Source: Thecamonas trahens ATCC 50062 (taxonomy: Eukaryota > Protista > Apusomonadida). From it: DNA of 64,000 nt. The notes beneath the pieces were generated by a model. It had not been told where the DNA came from. It saw only the letters and a program-made list of their open reading frames with translations, and made no database searches. Below, piece by piece: positions 8,760 to 19,000 of the stretch. Within the stretch, counting starts at the first letter, position 1. Every line of letters starts with the position of its first letter. The stretch is from assembly GCF_000142905.1 (NCBI RefSeq), contig NW_013657611.1, positions 62,001-126,000 of the forward strand, given 5' to 3'. The translations under genes and the position numbers were made by a program.

Positions 8760-11546
8760 CTAGATTTGCGTCATCTCGTGGTCGGCGGACGGCGGGGTCT
8801 CGGATTCGGCGGTGCGCGCCGAGAGCGCCTTGGACGCGACGATGGCGACGACGGCGAGGGCGAGAAAGGCAAAGCAGACGGAGAGGGCAAGCGGAATGGC
8901 AAGCTTCGAGTTGCGCTCCTCCAGCCGTGAGGTAGCGACCTCGCGGTCGGCAGCCACAGGATCGATCGCGTTGGCCGGCGCGCCGGCGACAGTCATGACA
9001 AAGACCTCGGACACGTCGATGAGCTCCAGACTCACGGGCGCGGTCGAGATCATCGCGCCGCTGCGGCTCCAAACCGCATTGATCGAACCAAATCCGGCCA
9101 CAACATCCCACACCGACTCGCCAAACACCGACGCCCACAGCCGGTCGTACGAGCCGACCGGCTCTGTCGCGTTGACCAGCTCGGGCATGTCAAGTCGGGA
9201 CGCAAGGTCCAGCGGGCGGGACGCCGTCGCGTTGACGCGCGATGGAGTTGCCTCGAGATGGCAGAGCCACTCAATGTTGACGCATTCCGAATCGCTCGCC
9301 ATCGGCCCAAAGTCGTCGTCGTCGTCGTCGACGCAAACCTGTTCTGTCGAGCATGTCATACCCATTGCGCTTGTCGGGTCCACACTCGCCGCTGCCCCAT
9401 CCACTAGCGCGTTGCGCATCTCGGCTAGAACCGCCGTCCACCGCACTTCACCCGGTCGTGGATTCGCTGCCACGTAGCTGTCGGTGACGGCAAAGACTGG
9501 CCAGCCAAACACGACACTGCTCGGCAAGAGTGGGCTCGACTCTTGGGAAAGCCGGACGAGCTCGTGGGTGAGCTCGAGCCAGTGCCCGAGCACCACGTCG
9601 CAGTCGCCGCTGCTCACTGACGCCGGATTGAACGACGCAAGCGTGTCCATCGCTGCTCGGACCGATGACGTGATCAACGGATTGAGTGTAGGAGCTAGAG
9701 CAGCAATCACATCGACGTGCTCCGGCGGGACGCAGACCCGCGTCGCCCGCGCCAGCAGCTTCTCAGGCGTCACCAACTGCGTCGGCTTGGAGAGCCCGTT
9801 GCGAACGCCGACCGCCGTCAGGCCGTCGACAAGCAACGGCGCAGTCGCCGCCGCCGGCTTGGTCGCCAACGCCGAGCTCAGCTCTGACGCGAGGCCAAAG
9901 ACAACGTCGGCGTCGGTCCGCAGCCCAAACCCGCCGACCACCACCATCGTCGGCTGGCCGAGGACTGCCCGGGCCAGCGCTGCACACATTTTGGCTCCAC
10001 CGGCATGCACAACCCCGGACGTGTTCGACATCGCGCTGCCGATATCGTTAGTCACCAGATGGCAGACTAGGTGACCGCGCGCTCGGATGCGATGGACCGC
10101 AAAGGCGTCAACCACTCCGTTGACAGGTACCCGTCCTGAAAAGGCATCAAACGTGGCAGCAACTTCAGACGGTGTCCTTTGTGGCGATGCAGAGTGCGCG
10201 GCCACAGGCAGCTGGTCCGGCACGCTGGGCGTCGGCGATGGCGCAGCGCCCAAAGTGTCGTGGCCGCTGCCGAGCTGCAGTTCCCCGCCAATCATGACTC
10301 CGCCGAGAAAGGCAGTGACCAGCAAGAGCACGCCTGCCAGCACCAGTGGCAGGATCACAAGCCGTTGCCGCCGTGGCTTGGTCTCGTTCTTGGGCACCTT
10401 GACGGCATCAAATGTCTGGGTTGCCTGATGTGGCTCCGGCTCCGGCTCCGGCCGCTGCGGCGACGACCGGCCGGCTGCCACCACCCCAAGCCGCAGCACG
10501 CCATCATGCCTGCCGGGCGCCGCGAGTGAGAGTGCCGCCAACGGAATGCTGTCCATGCCACCGCTGTTGTACGGCATGTTCTTCGATGTCCAGCTTTGCA
10601 GCTCTGATGATGCGCCGACATCATCTAGCTCGATGCAGTCCGAGCTGACGTCCGAGCACGTTGCGGTGACTGACGGCGACGACGCAGGCGACTGCGCCTC
10701 CAGCACCGTCTGAACCCGTTCCAAGAATCCGAGTGCAGCTGCGTGCGGAAGCGGTGGCTTCGCCACGGTCGTCAGCCACAGGTACGCCGCAAACCCGGCA
10801 TTGGGCGCCAGCCCTACCAAGTCGCTACCGGCGAGCCCGTGAATCGCGTGCAGCTCGCCAAGGACAAGCGACGACACTGGATGACCGCCGACAACCGCGG
10901 CAACCGTGGCATCTCGGACGCCATCCACGGCGAGCTCCGGCAGCTCATCTCCTATCGAGACCGAGGCCAGGAGCGCAGCAAGGAGCATCGGCTTATCGAG
11001 CACAGCCTCGAGAACACAGATGCCAAACGCGGCGCCGGGAGTGACCAGCAGCGGCCAGCCGCGCCGCTCGACCGCCGCGCCAACCGCAGCCACCGCCGTC
11101 GAGTTCAGCTTCTCGGCCGCCCACACCAGCGCAACTGCAAGATCAGCCGCGAGTGGCAAATCCAGTGACTCATCCGCGAGTGTCGACGGGAGATAGGCTC
11201 CGATGGCATGTGCAAGCTGAGGCGTCGAGCCAATGAGCTTGACGTGTGCAAGCTCGATCGTAGCACCCGTCCCAAGCGCATACTGGTGGAGAAACGGTGA
11301 GCCCGAGCCGGAGGACCACGAGCCCGGCGACGGCGCCGCAGTCGAGGTCGATGATGACCTTCGCTCGTGGTCGATGAGCAAGTGTCGCCGTCTTCGCGAG
11401 TGCGAGGTTGAGTCGTCCGATCCATCCGAGCTATGCGAGCCTGAGCCCGATGCTCGAGTCGTCCGTGTCCGCTTGCCACGTGCCACGTGCCAAAAGACCG
11501 AAAACGTGCGAGAATTGGACGCCAGCGTCGTCCCATCGGTCAGCAC
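8760..11546 (-). CDS. Hypothetical membrane protein (2 TM segments); C-terminal part of a probably larger frameshifted gene
   Basis: 928-aa ORF with non-ATG start, TMs LVILPLVLAGVLLLVTAFLGGVMIGG and LAIPLALSVCFAFLALAVVAIVAS. The frame stays coding-like upstream to ~11585. Confidence 0.7.
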   Translation of the reverse strand: MLTDGTTLASNSRTFSVFWHVARGKRTRTTRASGSGSHSSDGSDDSTSHSRRRRHLLIDHERRSSSTSTAAPSPGSWSSGSGSPFLHQYALGTGATIELAHVKLIGSTPQLAHAIGAYLPSTLADESLDLPLAADLAVALVWAAEKLNSTAVAAVGAAVERRGWPLLVTPGAAFGICVLEAVLDKPMLLAALLASVSIGDELPELAVDGVRDATVAAVVGGHPVSSLVLGELHAIHGLAGSDLVGLAPNAGFAAYLWLTTVAKPPLPHAAALGFLERVQTVLEAQSPASSPSVTATCSDVSSDCIELDDVGASSELQSWTSKNMPYNSGGMDSIPLAALSLAAPGRHDGVLRLGVVAAGRSSPQRPEPEPEPHQATQTFDAVKVPKNETKPRRQRLVILPLVLAGVLLLVTAFLGGVMIGGELQLGSGHDTLGAAPSPTPSVPDQLPVAAHSASPQRTPSEVAATFDAFSGRVPVNGVVDAFAVHRIRARGHLVCHLVTNDIGSAMSNTSGVVHAGGAKMCAALARAVLGQPTMVVVGGFGLRTDADVVFGLASELSSALATKPAAATAPLLVDGLTAVGVRNGLSKPTQLVTPEKLLARATRVCVPPEHVDVIAALAPTLNPLITSSVRAAMDTLASFNPASVSSGDCDVVLGHWLELTHELVRLSQESSPLLPSSVVFGWPVFAVTDSYVAANPRPGEVRWTAVLAEMRNALVDGAAASVDPTSAMGMTCSTEQVCVDDDDDDFGPMASDSECVNIEWLCHLEATPSRVNATASRPLDLASRLDMPELVNATEPVGSYDRLWASVFGESVWDVVAGFGSINAVWSRSGAMISTAPVSLELIDVSEVFVMTVAGAPANAIDPVAADREVATSRLEERNSKLAIPLALSVCFAFLALAVVAIVASKALSARTAESETPPSADHEMTQI

Positions 11547-11730
11547 CGCAGTGATGGTGACCGGAATGTCGGCCGCGACGCGGGGAGCGCGAGACCGAGC
11601 GCAACTTGGGACACCTCGCCGACGTGCGACGCAAACCGTCGGGCCTGCTCGATCACCACAGACTGCGGAAGGAGGACCAGGACGTCAATCGACGAGGTGC
11701 GGACGACCACAGAAGATGTTGGATCCGCTT

Positions 11731-12963
11731 CTAGCTCGAACCGATGGGTGCCAAAGATGAGCTCGACTGAGCCGACTCTAGCCGAGTGGAGGCCAGTGAA
11801 CGATGTCGAGACATGCAGCGGCGCGCGCCGATGGCCCACCCCGCCACAGACAACCCGCCACTGGCGAGCGTGCACATGTCTGGCTGTACCGTCGCAATCC
11901 GCAGTCGTGGTGGAGGAACGAGCGAGTTGCTCAGCTGCGGCGCGTATTGCGAGACCAGCGCATGCTGCATCGACGCCGCCAGCAACCCGTCGCCCGGCAA
12001 CCCAAAGGCATCAGTAGACATGCCAAGCACGTCGTTGAGTGACCAGTCCATCTGGATCGTTGACAGGAGCGCAGGATCCAGAGATAACCCTGACATCGGC
12101 GCCAGCGCCGCCGCGGCGCCTACCGCTGGCCCGGCATGAGCCTGGGGGAGCCGGATGCGTGCGCGATCGAGCCGGACAATCGAATCCGAGTCACGGGAAA
12201 CCGACCGGAGTGAGACCCAGGCCCCAAAGTCGGAGCAGTGGATGCGAGCACCGGCGACGGTGCCAGGAGCAAGCGTCGACATTCCGACTGTCTGCCCGAG
12301 GTCAGCGATGAGCGCCTCGAGCGAAGAGAACGACGCCAGGTTGCCGCGCCACATGTGCCATCCGTCGTCCTCGAGGTCGACTGCGCCAAGCGCGACAAGG
12401 ACCACGTGATCGCCGGCCTCCGACAGATTCGGTGGCGAGACCGTCTCGGTCATGCTCGACGAACCTGGCGTCGACGCCGCGTGCGCCTCGGCAGCCGACG
12501 GGCCCGGGCCGGGCGAGCTTGCAGGCGACGGCTCTTCGATCCACTTGGACGCGAGGACGGTGTTGGAGAAGACGGCAAAGACATCTGACTCGGCAACTAG
12601 CCGCACGTCTGGCGCCACTACGGCGTCCAAGACCAACCGGACGTCATCGAGCGTGCCACGGATGACACCAAGCGAGGCACGTGCCGCCGACAAATCGATG
12701 ATACCCTTGGAGAGAACAAGGGTGCCATCGCAGACCGCAATCCTGAGCTTGCGCAGTGCAAAGCGACGGCCCGAGATGAAGACCGAGACGGCAGAAGCTG
12801 GAGGTGGCTCGATCGTCGACTGGCCAGAGGCGCTGGTCAGCTGTGGTGGAAGGTCGACAAGCGCTCGCCAGCGTGAGGCAATGACGCAGCCCGGATGCAT
12901 GGTGCCTCGGGTGGCGAAGCGTATGCGGCCACGCACCACCCGATTACCAGCTACAGCACTCAT
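11731..12963 (-). CDS. Hypothetical protein, probably the N-terminal part of the 8760-11546 gene
   Basis: Long ORF from ATG 12963 (MSAVAGNR). Coding character passes to the 11540-11875 frame and then to the 928-aa frame. Confidence 0.6.
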   Translation of the reverse strand: MSAVAGNRVVRGRIRFATRGTMHPGCVIASRWRALVDLPPQLTSASGQSTIEPPPASAVSVFISGRRFALRKLRIAVCDGTLVLSKGIIDLSAARASLGVIRGTLDDVRLVLDAVVAPDVRLVAESDVFAVFSNTVLASKWIEEPSPASSPGPGPSAAEAHAASTPGSSSMTETVSPPNLSEAGDHVVLVALGAVDLEDDGWHMWRGNLASFSSLEALIADLGQTVGMSTLAPGTVAGARIHCSDFGAWVSLRSVSRDSDSIVRLDRARIRLPQAHAGPAVGAAAALAPMSGLSLDPALLSTIQMDWSLNDVLGMSTDAFGLPGDGLLAASMQHALVSQYAPQLSNSLVPPPRLRIATVQPDMCTLASGGLSVAGWAIGARRCMSRHRSLASTRLESAQSSSSLAPIGSS

Positions 12964-13506
12964 AACTGAGTTCTCCGAAGCTACACACGCACACACACCT
13001 TGCCTGTCCCTGGCCCCTTGGCTGGTTTCAGAAAGGTGTGCCCACCCGGGCCAATCTGCCAACTATGCCCGCGTACGGTGTCCAATCTTGCAAGCGCGTG
13101 CAAAGAACTCGGGTCACGGTGGAGGCCGCTGCCGGCGCAATCCATACCACGCTGTACAGGGTGGCCCACAGGCTACACCTTTTGCTTCATTTGGGGGGGA
13201 GGGGGGGGGGGGGGGGGGGGAAGGGTAAACATACCAGGAGGATGGAGTGTAGTTAATGGAGTCACGCCCTCGCATGTGAGCGACGACTCCAGATCACCGC
13301 CGTCATCGGTGGTGGCTAGCGCCAACCACGTGGGGTGAGCGGTTCCGCACTGCGGAACTCGATTGTGCCTTTTCGCACGGTAGTCCTCGCGCCGCATGTG
13401 CGGCGAGGTTGGCTGATGTGGAGATTGTGCGAGGGATAGTGTGGATGGCGTCAGTCATTGCCATACGGATTCGGGCTTGTGTCGATCGCGATTCGGACAT
13501 GGCCGC

Positions 13507-14496
13507 CTACGACGGCGACGACGACGGCTTGCGGGCGACAAAAGACGAGAGCGGGCGACCGTCCGAGATGGCGACCGCCGAGTCGTCCCAGATCTCCCAG
13601 CCAGCAAAAGCAGCAGCAAGCTCGCCATCGCGGAGGAGAAACTTCTCCCGCTTCGGCTTGCCCCACGCTTTGCAGGCCCATGTAAAGGTGTGGACGATGA
13701 CAAAGCCGCCGGGCGCTACTGCGTCAGCGACCCAGGCCCACAGCGGGCGATACAGGTATCGCGCCATGACGACAATGTCCAACGATGCGTTGCTGCCGCC
13801 AATTTCGGCGACCACGCGCTCGAGCTCGGCGCTGGCCTCGGCGATCGGAACTTCCTCTAACTCGACCAGCGTGGCAGTGGTCTTATGGGCGACGCCGTGC
13901 TGGTCAGCGAGGACCGCCACGTTGGCCATGTGACGCTCCTGGTGGTCGACGCCGATGCTGACATCGATTCCATCGTCCAGTGCCATAAAGACGACATCGC
14001 GCCCGGCGCCGCACGCTACGTCCAGCGCCACGCTCGTCCGCGTCCCATCGCGGCTGGCAGCCAGCGCAGCTACCATCGCCGGATAGTGCTTGGCGAGGAC
14101 AGGGCACGGCTCCCACATCCGGGCCGAGCCCTGGACGCCGGTAACCATGCGGGCACCGATGCCCATCGCCGCCACCACCGCATCCAACGTCGCTACCACC
14201 ACTAGCGGATACCATGGCGCGAGACGATCGACAATGGCGCCGGCGCCGATCACCACATCCTCCGGCGAGCCGTCCGGCGGAAGGATGACGCCGATGACCG
14301 TGTCTCGCGGAGGCAAAACATGCGCTAGCACATCGTACTCGTTCCATGGGACGCATGCTGCAATGGACAGGTGCCCAGTCTCGTACGCAGCTCGACTGCG
14401 GAGGTCGACCACGCGGACCGCGTCTTTGGTCGACCACTCGCACAGCGCTCGCGTGGCGGCCTCGGACACCTCGCCGCGGGGCGCAGACTCACCCAT
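13507..14496 (-). CDS. Rhodanese-like domain + class I SAM-dependent methyltransferase (TehB-like) fusion
   Basis: VRVVDLRSRAAYETGHLSIAACVPW (rhodanese N-motif); VALDVACGAGRDVVFMA, DIVVMARYLYRPL, VAPGGFVIVHTF and LLRDGEL (methyltransferase). Confidence 0.85.
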   Translation of the reverse strand: MGESAPRGEVSEAATRALCEWSTKDAVRVVDLRSRAAYETGHLSIAACVPWNEYDVLAHVLPPRDTVIGVILPPDGSPEDVVIGAGAIVDRLAPWYPLVVVATLDAVVAAMGIGARMVTGVQGSARMWEPCPVLAKHYPAMVAALAASRDGTRTSVALDVACGAGRDVVFMALDDGIDVSIGVDHQERHMANVAVLADQHGVAHKTTATLVELEEVPIAEASAELERVVAEIGGSNASLDIVVMARYLYRPLWAWVADAVAPGGFVIVHTFTWACKAWGKPKREKFLLRDGELAAAFAGWEIWDDSAVAISDGRPLSSFVARKPSSSPS

Positions 14497-14754
14497 GCGT
14501 GAGCTCTCGCCCGGGCTTGTGCTGCCGCAGCAGCTCGAGGGAACTGACGTCGCCAGGATGGGCTGGAGTTGGCCAAGTGAGAGCCGTCTTGACGTGAGAG
14601 GTTGTAGAAGTGGGGCGGAGGCGGGATCCGCTAGGTGGGGCCGGACCGATGGAGGAGTGGGAACTTAGCCGATCATCGCCACACACAGCCGTAGGCTGTG
14701 TGTATATGTGTGTGTGTGTGTGGGGGGGGGGGGGGTCGTTTGTGTAGCATAGGA

Positions 14755-15537
14755 TCAGCTGCGGTTGAGACGAGCCTGACGAAGCGCCTCCATCCGCTCG
14801 GCCATGGCCTTTTGCTTCTCCTGCATCTGCGAGGCATAGCGGGCTCGGACCGAGGCGGCTTCTTGGTTGGCGACAAAGTGTCCGCGGCGTAGGATCTCTT
14901 CATGACGTCCGCACACACTAGATTTGGGTGGTGTCGGTGTAGGCGTAGGCATTGAAGGCGTCGGCGCCGGTGCTGGCGCGGGCGTGGGTGCAGCAGTAGG
15001 TGTAGGGGCGGCAGGCGCGGGTGCAGGCGCGGTGGCGAATCGCGAAGACTTCAGTGTCTCCAGCAGTGCCTCGCGCTCGGCGCCCAGGCGGGCTAGCATC
15101 TCATCCAAAGTCTCCGACTCGGCTGGCTTGGGCGAGGTGGATGGAGCCGGGTGGGATCGGTCGCCCTGCTTCCGAGGATCAAACCGCATGGTCGGCGGCG
15201 AGAAGGCAGCCTGCGCCTTGCGAGCAGCGGCAAGCTCGCGCTCGAGAGCAGCCTTCTTGGCAGCCATCTCGGCGTCAAGCCGCGCCCGGCGGAGCGCAGC
15301 CTCGCGATCAGCAGCAGCGCGGCGCGCCATGGCGTAGATCATTCGCTGCTGGGCGTCATACTGACTGCGAAGCTGCTCATCCGAGAGAACAGAAAAGGCT
15401 TCTTGCAGCAGAGTAAATGCCTCATGGCTCCCGCCCTTGTCAGGATGGAGCGTCTTGGCCTTGGCCTTGTATGCCGTCCGAATGTCCGCAGCCGCTGCAT
15501 CTTGCGCCACGCCCAGTACCGCGTAGTAGCTTGTCAT
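14755..15537 (-). CDS. DnaJ (J-domain) protein, class C
   Basis: SYYAVLGV...IRTAYKAKAKTLHPDKGGS...FTLLQEAFSVLSDEQLRSQYD with the HPD motif. Confidence 0.92.
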   Translation of the reverse strand: MTSYYAVLGVAQDAAAADIRTAYKAKAKTLHPDKGGSHEAFTLLQEAFSVLSDEQLRSQYDAQQRMIYAMARRAAADREAALRRARLDAEMAAKKAALERELAAARKAQAAFSPPTMRFDPRKQGDRSHPAPSTSPKPAESETLDEMLARLGAEREALLETLKSSRFATAPAPAPAAPTPTAAPTPAPAPAPTPSMPTPTPTPPKSSVCGRHEEILRRGHFVANQEAASVRARYASQMQEKQKAMAERMEALRQARLNRS

Positions 15538-16023
15538 CTGCCCCTCTCCCTCCTCTCGCCCCAGATAACCGCCTCAACCACTACAGACGAGGTAGCGACG
15601 TGTGTGTATGAGAGAGAGTGAGAGAGCGAGTGTATGTGTTTGTGTGGTTGTGTGTGTACGCTTGCTGCCCGTGATGTCAGTCGAACACTGGCCACAATGG
15701 AATGATCAAAAGCCATGCCAAGCACACCATTAGCGAGGCGAATCCCATGCCCCAACGATTATCATGCACTCATGCACAACACGATCATCCCAGACCCAGA
15801 TCCCAAATCCCCCCCCTCCCCCCCCCCCCCCCCCGCCGCCCATCTTCCCCTCCTCCTCCCTCCCCCGTCGAGCAGGAGTTTGGTTTGGTTGACTCACGCC
15901 ATGCCCCACGAAGGACACTCGTCAGACACGACTGACCTTTTTACCTGAAGATTGGGCAACACTTTGCTCGGCAGGCACTGGGCTTGACTGGCGTGGTGTG
16001 TGTAGCGAGGGTGTGGGGTGAGC

Positions 16024-19000
16024 ATGATGAGCACAACAATACTGGCTACCTTTTCCACCACAGCCCTCTTGGCTACTCTCCTCTTTCCACATCTTAGCCA
16101 AGTCGTCGCTTTGGCCTCGGCTGCTGTGGTGGCTCTGCTTGCTGCCGTCGTCTTTCCGCGACTGACGTCGTCAGCCAAGTCATTGCCGAACCTCGACACA
16201 AGGTCACGGTCGGCTTTGGGAGGCAGTTCTGTGCCAGCGACAGGTCCTTCTGCTGCAGACACTCGGTCCTCCTCGCAAGGCTCAGTCTCCTTTCGTACGC
16301 CTGTAGGCACTGCCTCTCACTCGCCTGCCGCGTCGGTGACCGGACTCTCGGTGGCCGTCACGGCCCAGGCCGCATCAGACGCCGCCGATGCTGTGTATGG
16401 TGGCTCTGGGAGGCGGAGAAGGCGGAAAAGGCGGAAGGGCGATGGCGACGGTGATGCTGCCGACGGCGCCAAGGCTAAGGCCCGCGAGAAGGTCAAGGTC
16501 CGCAAGAAAATCCGCAAGCGGGTGCTGGCTGCAAACCAGGAGCAAGCTGTAGGCAAGGCCAAGGCCGCGGGACCCGAAGAGATTGAGGTTGATCCCAAGG
16601 ACTTTTACTCGCCGTACGAGCTCCCGCTCAAGGTGACGAACTTGTACGGCACGCCGCGGCACATCGAGCCCAACACCCACTTTTCGATCCCGTACGCCAA
16701 CGAGCTGTTTGAGGGCCACGTCTCGCTGGTCTTCCGTGGCGAGCCGCGCGATCCACACTTTGACTCGATCTACGACTCGTGGAAGACAGTGTTTGAGATC
16801 CAGCTGCAGGGCAAGCTCAAGGTCAAGACGAGGTCGACGCTGTACATGGGCATCGAAGCCATGGGTCCGGTCTCGATCGGCATCATCGGCCGCGCGCTGG
16901 GCAAGATCCTTCTCAAGCTCATTCGGTCACAGACACGCGGCATGGACGGCACGTTCAACGAGGGCGACGACCTCCGACCGCACATCTGCTTTCCCATGGC
17001 TATGTTTGCCGACCGCTTTGTGTGGACGCCCGAGGGCGAAACGCCACCTGCCATCGGCCAGTACCTTGACTGCGAGGACGACGAGTCGGCCAAGGCCCGT
17101 AAAAAGGCCGCAACCATGGACGACCGCTACGGGCCCGACTCGGGCATCCTCACCATGTCGTTCCGCTCGCCGCGCCTCGACATGGTCAACTGGAAGATCA
17201 TCGACATCCCGGGCATGAAGGACATCAACTTTGCGCCATACCTCGCCGGCCTCGGCCTGCAGATTGTCGCCTACGACATGCCTCCCGACTGGACCGGCAT
17301 TCACCTTGACTCGGCCAAACAGTACTACTTTTGCTTTACCATCGAGAACACTGGGACTGGCGTCCGTGCCCGCAAGTCATACCCGGCGTCGGTCCCGCCC
17401 GAGTATCTTTACCACCCGGGCGATCCACGCCTCGACGCCGCCCTCGCCTCGCCACGCGATTCCGAGTACGAGTACGAGTACGTCGAGACGTACGAGTACG
17501 ATGAATTTGCTCGCGATGAGGACGAGCCTGGCTCAGGCTCGGGCTCGTCGTCGTTCTGGTCGTCAGGCGGCGGTGGGTCGCCGCATCGGTCTGCTCGCCG
17601 CCAGGCTGCCGACGACGACGACGACGATGATGATGATGATGACCTCGACGCCGACATGGACGACCCGTTTGAGGCATCGCTCTTCTCACCGGAGCTCACC
17701 ACTACGCTCAAGACTCCGGGGGCGCGGTACTCGTCGATTTCGGTTCCTGCTCTCATCGAGTACTACCCGCACAACAAGCGGCGGGTGCTGTATGTGGTGC
17801 ACGCAGTGCCGGCGGCATCGTCATCGGCGTCGGCGACTGCCCTTGCTAGCCCGCCGCCGCCGCTCACGCTCCCGATGTACTCGCCGCCACCATCAATTGC
17901 GATCTCGCCAGAGTCGGAAACTGGGCGAATGACCTATGCGTCGGCGTCCGACTCGTCAGATGCCGGCGCCAGCTCGGGGTCGGGCCACGCCGACCCACCA
18001 ACGCCATCGCGGCCGACGCTGCCGTACGTCCGCGGGCGGTCAGGCTCGGCCGGCTCGCGGTCGGAAAGGGCGACAGGCGCTGGCGGTGCCGACGCTGCGT
18101 CGTCGGCCGACTCGTTCTCCAACTCCTCGGCTTGGACCGAGGTGGAGGAGATTGGCGAGGCCGCCGTACCGATCCGCAGCCAGGCGGACCCCGAAGGCCT
18201 GCGGGTCTCGCGGTCGGCGCGGTCGTTGACCTCGCTCAAGCGTGGCAGCAAGCGATCGTCATCGGGCTCGCGGTCGCAGTCACGGTCGCGGTCGCGGTCG
18301 CGGTCGCGGTCCGGCTCGAACTCGTCGCGATTGCCACCAACGACGCTTTCGGCCCGGCGGACCGAGACTTCGGGCTCCGAGTACTCATCGGGCTCGTGCA
18401 GCTCCAAGTACGAGGCACGCCGGGCAGTGGCGCGGGCGCCGCGGCGGCGGTCAGGCGAGAAAGGTCGGCGAGCTTCAGGCGGACCTTCGCGGTTTGTCGG
18501 CGTCTCGCTCTCACCGCTCGCCGGCGAGTACAATCGGTTCTCGGCCGTGGCTCCAGCAGTCTCGGGCGTCCGCCGCGTCCTGCGGACATACTCGGACATC
18601 CGCGACCTCGAGGCGCACTTTCGGTCGCACTCGATCTCGCGCAAGGGCCTCAAGAACCCTAAGGTTCGGCGGTACTCGCGGCTTGCCAAGGAGCGGTCGG
18701 CGCTTGACGCCTTTCTCTCCAACGTGGCGAGTGCGCGGTCGCCGGCGGCGCAGCAGCTACTTGCGCTCTTTCTCACCGACACGGTCTCGGGTGACGCGCG
18801 GTTCTTCCTCTCGGGCGCGCATGAGCGCGACGCGGCCGACCTCTCGACCCAAGTCAAGTTCCACACCTCGGCTGTCCGCGCACTAGACGAGACGTACTGG
18901 CGCGAGGAGACGGCGCTGCTGTACTCGGACAACCTCTCGTTTTGTCAGTTTAAGCGCAAAGCGCGGCTGCACAAGAGGCAGAGAGTGCAAGAGGAGGTGA

